Source: Octopus sinensis (lineage: Eukaryota). Taken from it: a stretch of 16,844 nt of DNA. Both the position numbers and the translations under genes were made by a program. Location: contig NW_021824995.1 of the NCBI RefSeq assembly GCF_006345805.1, positions 1 through 16,844 of the forward strand, written 5' to 3'. The notes beneath the pieces were generated by a model. The model was given only the letters and a program-made list of their open reading frames with translations, was not told the origin of the DNA and made no database searches. This document shows, one piece after another, positions 9,998 to 16,844 of this stretch. Every line of letters starts with the position of its first letter. The first letter of the stretch is position 1.

Positions 9998-10513
9998 TAT
10001 GCATGCATGTATGTATAGCTACTTAATTGTTGCAACTAAAAGAATGAAGAATACACATAATTAATCACTAACACACACCTCATTTAATTAGCAATTTACT
10101 TAACACCATTCTTTCTACACACTTCCCAACCTAACCCTAACCCTCACATTACTTTTCTTGAAACCATCCTCCTTCTACTCTCTCAGAACGAACTTCAGAC
10201 ACCTGCAAATCTCTTCATATCACTCTCCCACTACCGGCTTCTCTCTCTCTCTCTCTTCTTTCTCTCTCTCTCACTCTCTCTGTTTCACTCTTTTTCTGTT
10301 CACTTTTTAGCATTCTGTTTTTATATTCTTCTATACCATACGTTTTTTTTTTTAAAACAATAACATGCTTGGTTATAAGTTTCCAAAGGACCAGTCTCTG
10401 GTTTGGTGTTAGTCATATGGTGAGAGCTGCAAATGAGTTTCTTTGAAATTCAGGCAGAATTAATTCTACAAGATATATATTGGTAATAGGTGATTTGTTT
10501 TTTTTTTTGACAG

Positions 10514-10582
10514 GATTAGTGACAATAGCAACACTGCTCATAATGACCAACTTTTGAAGAGCACAAATATAAACAACAGAAG
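10514..10582 (+). other. Candidate 69-nt internal exon of an unidentified host gene
   Basis: Poly-T tract plus GACAG acceptor and AAG|GTATTC donor. Length is a multiple of 3 with one open frame (ISDNSNTAHNDQLLKSTNINNR). No recognisable homology. Confidence 0.22.
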
Positions 10583-10660
10583 GTATTCAGGTGTTTGTAG
10601 GCAAAGAAATCAGTTAAAATTTATGCTTATTTTAGAATTTGATTAAAAGAAATAAAGATG

Positions 10661-11005
10661 TACTCTTTTTACTCTTTTACTTGTTTCTGTCATTTGACTG
10701 TGGCCCATGCTGGAGCACCGCCTTTAGTCGAGCAAATTGCCCCCAGGACTTATTCTTTGGAAGCCTAGTACTTATTTTATTGGTCCCTTTTGTGGAACTG
10801 CTAAGTTACAGGGACGTAAACACACCAGCATTGGTTGTCAAGCAATGTTGGGGAGACAAACACAGACACACAAACAAATACACACACACATATATATATA
10901 TATATATACACATGTATATCAGTTTCCGTCTACCAAATCCACTCACAAGGCTTTGGTCGGCCCGAGTCTATAGGCTACTGTAGAAGACACTTGCCCAAGG
11001 TGCCA
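10661..11005 (-). mobile_element. SINE family A, 5'-truncated (lacks head)
   Basis: Reverse complement aligns with 15667-16030, including the AAAAGAGT-like tandem tail. Confidence 0.9.
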
Positions 11006-11104
11006 AGCTTGTTAAAATAACGTCTATTCCATAAGTTTTGTTCATGGCATAATTTAAACAAAAGCAGGAAGTTAAGGAATGCAATTTCATTATTATAGAA
11101 GATC

Positions 11105-11149
11105 ATGTGTGTGTGTGTGTGTGTATGTGTGTGTGTGTATGTGTGTGTG

Positions 11150-11200
<51 letters not shown>

Positions 11201-11427
11201 TTTGTGTTTGTGTTTGTCCCCTCATCACTGCTTGGTAACTGGTGTTGGTGTGTTTACATCCTCATAAGTTTGCCGTTTGGTAAAAGAAACTGACAGGATT
11301 AGTACCAGATTTAAAAAAAAAAGAATTTAAAACAAGTATTGGGGTTGATATTTTTGATAAAAAAAATTCTTCAAGGCAGTGCCCCAGCTTGGCAGCAGTC
11401 CAAAGACTGAAACACATGATAAACAAA
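11105..11427 (+). mobile_element. (TG)n followed by a degenerate SINE family A 3' module
   Basis: gtttgtcccc..ggtgtgtttacatcc..agtacca..ggggttgat..gactgaaaca aligns with 15820-16005. Confidence 0.75.
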
Positions 11428-12954
11428 AATATAAATATTTTTTGTTATGCTGGTGTTGGCTGGTATTTCTTAGTTTGCAGACTAGTGTCTTGAAATATTT
11501 ACTAACGAGTAATTGCATTAAGATTAACAAAATATATTCAATGTGGGGAAAAGTGTTAAACTTGAGTGAATTTGGTGAATTTGTTGAGGTACGACTGATT
11601 ATAACGATGATGCAGCCATTAATTTGTCTTAAGAAGTTCTATGTTTATTTATCTTTGTTCTATATTTATTATATTATTCATTTATTTTATGTATTTGCTT
11701 AGTTATTTTTTTACAACTAAGTGTTTCACATATCTTTTGTATTTCGTTGTTCCAAATTGTCTTTAAGATTTTTTTTTTCTTTAAATGCGACCTGCTATTT
11801 GTATGTGGCGTGTGTATGTGTATGTGTGTGGGGGGTGTATATGTGATTGCATGTAAGTGTGTGCGTATGTATGGACATGTGTGTATATGTGTACTTTTTT
11901 ACTTCAATTTCATTTGTTTTAATTGTGGGTAATTTTATCTTACAACTTGGAAACTTTAAAAATTAACAAAAAACACCCACCACCACAACCCACCCCCCAA
12001 AAAAAAACAAACTAACCACTCCCTAGTCAAAGAATGAACACAAGCTAAAAGTAAAATAAATAAAATAGATAAATGGTGGCAATAATAATTACAAGAAAAG
12101 TTGATCAACTAAGTTAGTTAGAAGTGGAACTTGCCACGGGGTAGCTCTTTCATCAGAAGATACTCATCCTCAAGGTATGTATTTCATTGTTACACCTATC
12201 TTAACATATATTGTAAGTTCTTCTTGTAAATATGTCGGAGTTTTTTTTTTTTTCTTATTCAAATTCCAACAAATTATATTTATCTTTTTTTTTATTATTC
12301 TTTATCCTGCTTTCTCTTCTTCTGTTTACTAATTTCCTTTTGTTGTGTTATTGTTTTGTTGTTGTTTTTTTACTTTGTTCTCCAAACTGTACTCAATCAA
12401 AGCTGACATCATGGAAAAGACTGTTAAAGTAAAAGTAACCAGTTTGTTTCTTTGAAAGAGGTAAAAAAAGGAACAAAAACAGAAAAAAAATGGTACAGAC
12501 TTAAAAGACCAATAAAATGAATGTTTACTGATAAATTGAACGTTTTAAATGAAAGGAAATTTCTTTCAGTGGCTTAGAGTAAATAGGAAGATTTTTGTGG
12601 GAGTGTTTGTTTTTTTATAAGTGACATACTCATTTTATGGGTATTCTAATACTAAAGCTCCATATATAAAAAAACTGTGGCCCCAAACCTGTCCTCAATG
12701 GCACCTTTTGTCATTGCTAGCACAGTTTAAACCCTTTTGTTACCATATTTCCATTGGAATATACTGATTTTCTCATAAGTGTAAAATTGAAATTTGCTTA
12801 GGGTGTACAAACCCAGATTTTCAGGAGGATGCTCAAAGCATTTTGATTACCCTCAAAAAATTTTAAGGGGTATGCTTGCACCCCTTGCACACCCTGTTTC
12901 TGAGCCTATAGTATTTTTATCAAATCATATTGAGAGATCACAGCTCCATTAATA

Positions 12955-13220
12955 CAGAAACATGATGAGAAGAATTAGAATGTTGCTAGGAAGAATCAGA
13001 AGATGGGGTCTTTTGAGCTGAGCCAATCAGCAGAAGACCTAAGGCCAAACCAAGAATGAGATGATTGGATGGATCTGCAGTCTCAGTTTGTCACATCTGC
13101 GAATCCAACCAGAAAATTTGATGATGGATGCTTCTAACAGGACCTTATGAAGGAGATGCTTAAAGACTCCACACTCATAACTCTCACAGGAATAGTGAGT
13201 GGAGACGATGGATGACAGGA
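12955..13220 (+). mobile_element. RTE-clade LINE 3' end, degenerate
   Basis: AEPISRRPKAKPRMR*LD (cf. GRRPRGRPRTRW.D), then ICSLSLSHLRIQPENLMMDASNRTL*RR, then a GATG-type tail remnant. Confidence 0.65.
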
Positions 13221-13262
13221 GGAAATGAAGAATTTAATGAAATATCTTTGTCATTACTGAGT

Positions 13263-13474
13263 GTAAGGCAGTGAGCTGGCAGAACTGTCAGCACGCTGGG
13301 TAAAACGCTTAGTGGCATTCCCTCTGTCTTTCCATTCTGAGTTCAAATCCTGCTGAGGTCAGCTTTGCCTTTCATTCTTTTGGGGTCAATAAATTAAATA
13401 CCAGTCAAGTACTGGGGTCAATGTGCTTGATTATCTCACTCCCCACAAATTCCAGGTCATGTGTCTATATTAGA
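13263..13474 (+). mobile_element. SINE family B copy
   Basis: aaggcagtgagctggcagaa..gagttcaaatcc..gcctttcattcttttggggtcaataaattaaataccag aligns with 9055-9215. Confidence 0.85.
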
Positions 13475-13644
13475 AAGAATTATTAAGTGAGTGTTTGGAA
13501 CCATAAATTAACATGAAATTTTGATAGAAGTTTTTAATTTTGATTGCTTTAAAAAAGGAATATGGCAATTTCAGACAGCTTTGTATGAAATGGGTTAAAC
13601 AGTTTGTTAGAATATTTGTGGTGAATATTTTACATGCCAGCACC

Positions 13645-13870
13645 ACACAAAAAATGGCCTTGTTGGTGCCATGTAACAAGTACCTTTGCTAGTACCATAT
13701 TAAGTGGTTAGCATTAGGAAGAGCATCCTGCTCTGGAAGCCTTGTCAAAACAGACTGGAACCTAGTGTAGCACTCTGGATTTCCAGCTCTTGTTAAACTG
13801 TCCAACACATGCCATTAAATGATGATATCATGATAGTGATGATTATGATGATGATGATGATGATGATGAT
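13645..13870 (+). mobile_element. Degenerate retroposon 3' end with (GAT)n tail
   Basis: ggttagcattaggaagagcatcc..tccaacacatgcca then (GAT)n. Resembles a recalled ggcgttaggaagggcatcc-type octopus repeat. Single copy in this window. Confidence 0.5.
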
Positions 13871-13887
13871 ATATGTATATATATACA

Positions 13888-14294
13888 TTTATTTGTTTCA
13901 GTCATTTGACTGTGGCCAGGCTGGAGTGTTGCCTTTAGTTCAACAAATCAACCCCAGGACTTATTCTTTCTAAGCCTAGAAATTTTTGTTGTTTTTGTAA
14001 AATCTCAGAAAATAATTAAAAATTCACATTTTTTATCAAATTATTTTGTTATATTTGTCTATCTATCCAACACACCAACATCGGTTGTCAAGCAATGGTG
14101 GGGAGACAAACACACACACACACACATCTATGATGGGCTTCTTTCAATTTCCGTTAACCAAATCTACTCACAAGGATTTGGTCGGCCTGAGGCTATAGTA
14201 GAAGACACTTGACCAAGGTGCTACACAGTACGACTGAACCTGGAACCATGCGGTTGGTAAGCAAGCTACTTAACACACAGCCACTCCTGCACCT
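13888..14294 (-). mobile_element. SINE family A, near full length with a disrupted internal segment (about 13980-14060)
   Basis: Reverse complement is collinear with 15594-16010. Confidence 0.85.
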
Positions 14295-14499
14295 TCATAT
14301 ATATATATATATATACACCCGAGTATATATATATATATATATACCCGAGTATGGGAAATCCGGGGTACCTATGTTTCATAGTGAGTGGAACCTCAGAAGT
14401 GCTAAAATCCAAGTGAGGTGTATACAACTGGCTGCTCTTCGGGTCAAGGATATATACGTGTATCATCATTGTTTTCATATATATATATGTGTGTAAGAA

Positions 14500-14858
14500 T
14501 CTCTCTTACTTACTCTTTTTGTCTCTGTCTATCTGTCTGTCTGTCTCTCTCTCTCCCTCTCTCTCTCTACACACACGCACACACAAACACAACACAAGTA
14601 AACATACATATGAATGTAAATAGGTGTCAATGTGTATATATTCATGTTCATATAAATATTTATGTAATTCTATCATATATGTGTGTATAAGTTTGCACAC
14701 GCATAGACTTGTATGATATATGTGTATCTGCATAACTTTGTATGTGTGGGTGCATGTGTGCACATATGTAATAAATATACATGTATGTGTGTGTATGTGT
14801 GCGTATATGTGTGTGCATTATCTCTCTTTATAAGAGAGTGTGTGTTTATGTGTGTACG

Positions 14859-14907
<49 letters not shown>

Positions 14908-15200
14908 GTATGTGTATATAAGTGTATGAGAGTGTGTATATGTGTCTGTATGTGTATATATAAGCATATGGGTGTGTGCATGTGTGTATGGATGTATGGG
15001 TGTGCATATATGTGCTTATATGAATGTGTGTGTGTGTATGTGCATGTGTGTATCTATGTAGATATGTGTATATAAGCATGTATGTATGTGTGAGAGCATA
15101 TGGATATGTATGTGTTTATGAGTATATAAGTATGTGTGTGTGCATGCGCATGTGTGCGTGTGTGTGTTTTTGTGTGTATGTGTGTGCGTGTGTGTGTATG

Positions 15201-15242
<42 letters not shown>
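14500..15242. repeat. (CT)n/(TG)n/(TA)n low-complexity tract
   Basis: Direct reading. Confidence 0.9.
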
Positions 15243-15244
<2 letters not shown>

Positions 15245-15593
15245 TGTGTAGCAGCTTTACACATCTGTTTCTCCATGCCAACAGGAATTAGCTGTTACTA
15301 CAAATTCAGATATCTTGATGTGATCTGTTGCAGCAAGAAAGTTTTTTTCACAGTTGGATGCCCGCCATAATGCTAAGTCAGTCAACCGTGAGAGAGGTGT
15401 GGTATCAATTTTTCTCCAGCAAATCTCATTTCAGTTATTACTTAACAGCTCTGAGTAATATTATGTGTTGCCCAGAACCAACAATAATACTACACTTCCA
15501 GTAAGAAGTGAAATGAAATAATAGTAATTATATATTATGAAGATTTCTTATTATTCCCAATGCTCAGATAATTTATATGACACTAATGTATAT

Positions 15594-15760
15594 ATAGGCA
15601 TAGGAGTGGCTGTGTGGTAAGTAGCTTGTCTACCAACCACATGGTTCCGGGTTCATTCCCACTTCGTGGCACCTCGGGCAAGTGTCTTCTACTATAGCCT
15701 CGGGCCGACCAAAGCCTTGTGAGTGGATTTGGTAGACGGAAACTGAAAGAAGCCTGTCGC

Positions 15761-15800
<40 letters not shown>

Positions 15801-16030
15801 GTGTGTGTATATGTTTGTGTGTCTGCGTTTGTCCCCCCAACATCACTTAACAACCGATGCTGGTGTGTTTACATCCCCGTAACTTAGTGGAACCGTAAAA
15901 GAGACCGCTAGAATAAGTACCAGGCTTACAAAGAATAAGTCTTGGGGTCGATTTGCTCAACTAAAGGTGGTTCTCCAGCATGGCCACAGTCACATGACTG
16001 AAACAAGTAAAAAGTAAAAAGTAGTAAAGT
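15594..16030 (+). mobile_element. SINE family A, full length: tRNA-like head, CORE-like segment, internal (TA)/(TG) tract, 3' module, AAAAGT tandem tail
   Basis: B-box-like GGTTCATTCCC. ggcacctcgggcaagtgtcttc resembles the MIR/CORE GACCTTGGGCAAGT motif. More than 8 related copies occur in this window. ATGTATATAT flanks both sides (possible TSD, but low complexity). Confidence 0.9.
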
Positions 16031-16124
16031 ATATGTATATATATGTTTATGTGCATATGGGTGAGTTTATGTTATTATGTGTGTATACATATATATATGT
16101 GTGTGTATGTATGTATATGTATAT

Positions 16125-16230
16125 AAGGCTATAGTAGAAGACACGTGCCCAAGGTGTCATGCAATGAGACTAAATCTGGAACCATGTGGTGGAGAAAGAA
16201 GCTTTTTAACATACAGCTACTCTAGTGCCT
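16125..16230 (-). mobile_element. SINE family A 5' fragment
   Basis: ggctatagtagaagacacgtgcccaaggtg..ggaaccatgtgg is the reverse complement of the head/CORE region. Confidence 0.8.
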
Positions 16231-16257
16231 ATATATATATAAGCATATATATGTGTG

Positions 16258-16340
<83 letters not shown>

Positions 16341-16349
16341 ATGTCTATG

Positions 16350-16462
16350 GGTGCAGGCATGGCTGTGTAGTAAGAAGCTTGCTTCTGAATCACATGAAAC
16401 CTGGTTCAGACCCAGTCTGGCCAAAGACTTATGAATGGATTTCATGGATGGAAACTGACAGA
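16350..16462 (+). mobile_element. SINE family A 5' module lacking the CORE-like segment
   Basis: The head joins directly to ggccaaagacttatgaatggattt..ggaaactga. Confidence 0.7.
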
Positions 16463-16479
16463 AATCCATCATATATATA

Positions 16480-16632
16480 TAGGTGCAGGAGTGGTTGTAC
16501 GATAAGAAGTTTGCTTCCCAAATACATGGTTTCAGGCTCAGTCCCATTACGTAGCACCTTGGGATGTGTCTTCAACTATAGCCTCGGTCCGACCAAAGCC
16601 TAGTAAGTGGATTTGGTAGACGGAAACTGAGA
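16480..16632 (+). mobile_element. SINE family A 5' module
   Basis: aggtgcaggagtggttg..gcaccttggga..ctatagcctcgg..gatttggtagacggaaactga. Confidence 0.85.
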
Positions 16633-16844
16633 ATTCCATAAGATAAATTCCATATGATCACAGGTGAAAATCTTGCTAGTGAAAGATATGAAAGTGTAGA
16701 ATGTTCTTAACAGCTGTTTCTAGGGTAGGTGCTTATTAGAAGCAAATATGTGCATTTTTACTTAAATATACACGAGGTAGAAGTGACATAAGTGACATAG
16801 CACATCATCAAAAGATAAACATTTATCTTAAATATATGTGTGTG

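Larger units (their letters stand above)
12727..13598 (+). mobile_element. MITE-like element split by an RTE fragment and a SINE
   Basis: Imperfect TIRs ttaaacccttttgttacca and (reverse complement) ttaacccatttcatacaa. Assigning 13224-13260 and 13475-13598 to one element relies on a recalled octopus repeat consensus. Confidence 0.4.

Noticed and set aside
10128-10144. CCTAACCCTAACCCT telomere-like motif
   Set aside because: Under three units; expected by chance in this composition.
14350-14480. Unique island with weak splice sites on both strands
   Set aside because: Signals are weak and contradictory, and there is no recognisable peptide.
14673-15370. Multiple CV/HT/YI-rich ORFs
   Set aside because: Dinucleotide microsatellite translations.
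15285-15400. Acceptor-like CCAACAG followed by short ORFs
   Set aside because: All frames close within 30 codons and there is no homology; insufficient support.

Overview
AT-rich, repeat-saturated eukaryotic non-coding DNA (intron or intergenic). The interspersed repeats match, from memory and not from a search, those of Octopus/coleoid cephalopod genomes. No intact protein-coding gene, RNA gene or CRISPR array is supported, and nearly all long ORFs in the track are microsatellite artefacts. Supported content: a frameshifted RLE-type (R4/Dong-like) LINE endonuclease fragment (3-295); a decayed Ty3/Gypsy pol (RT with YVDD, RNase H) rearranged so that its ~310-bp RNase H segment is present twice in inverted orientation (383-690 vs 1389-1699); an RTE-like LINE 3' fragment; about 20 copies or fragments of several tRNA-derived SINE families; two MITE-like elements with nested insertions; and many micro- and minisatellites. 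The best leads are the inverted Gypsy duplication and a few + strand splice-signal clusters (10514-10582, 12027-12460) that may be small host exons. I found no convincing novel biological system.
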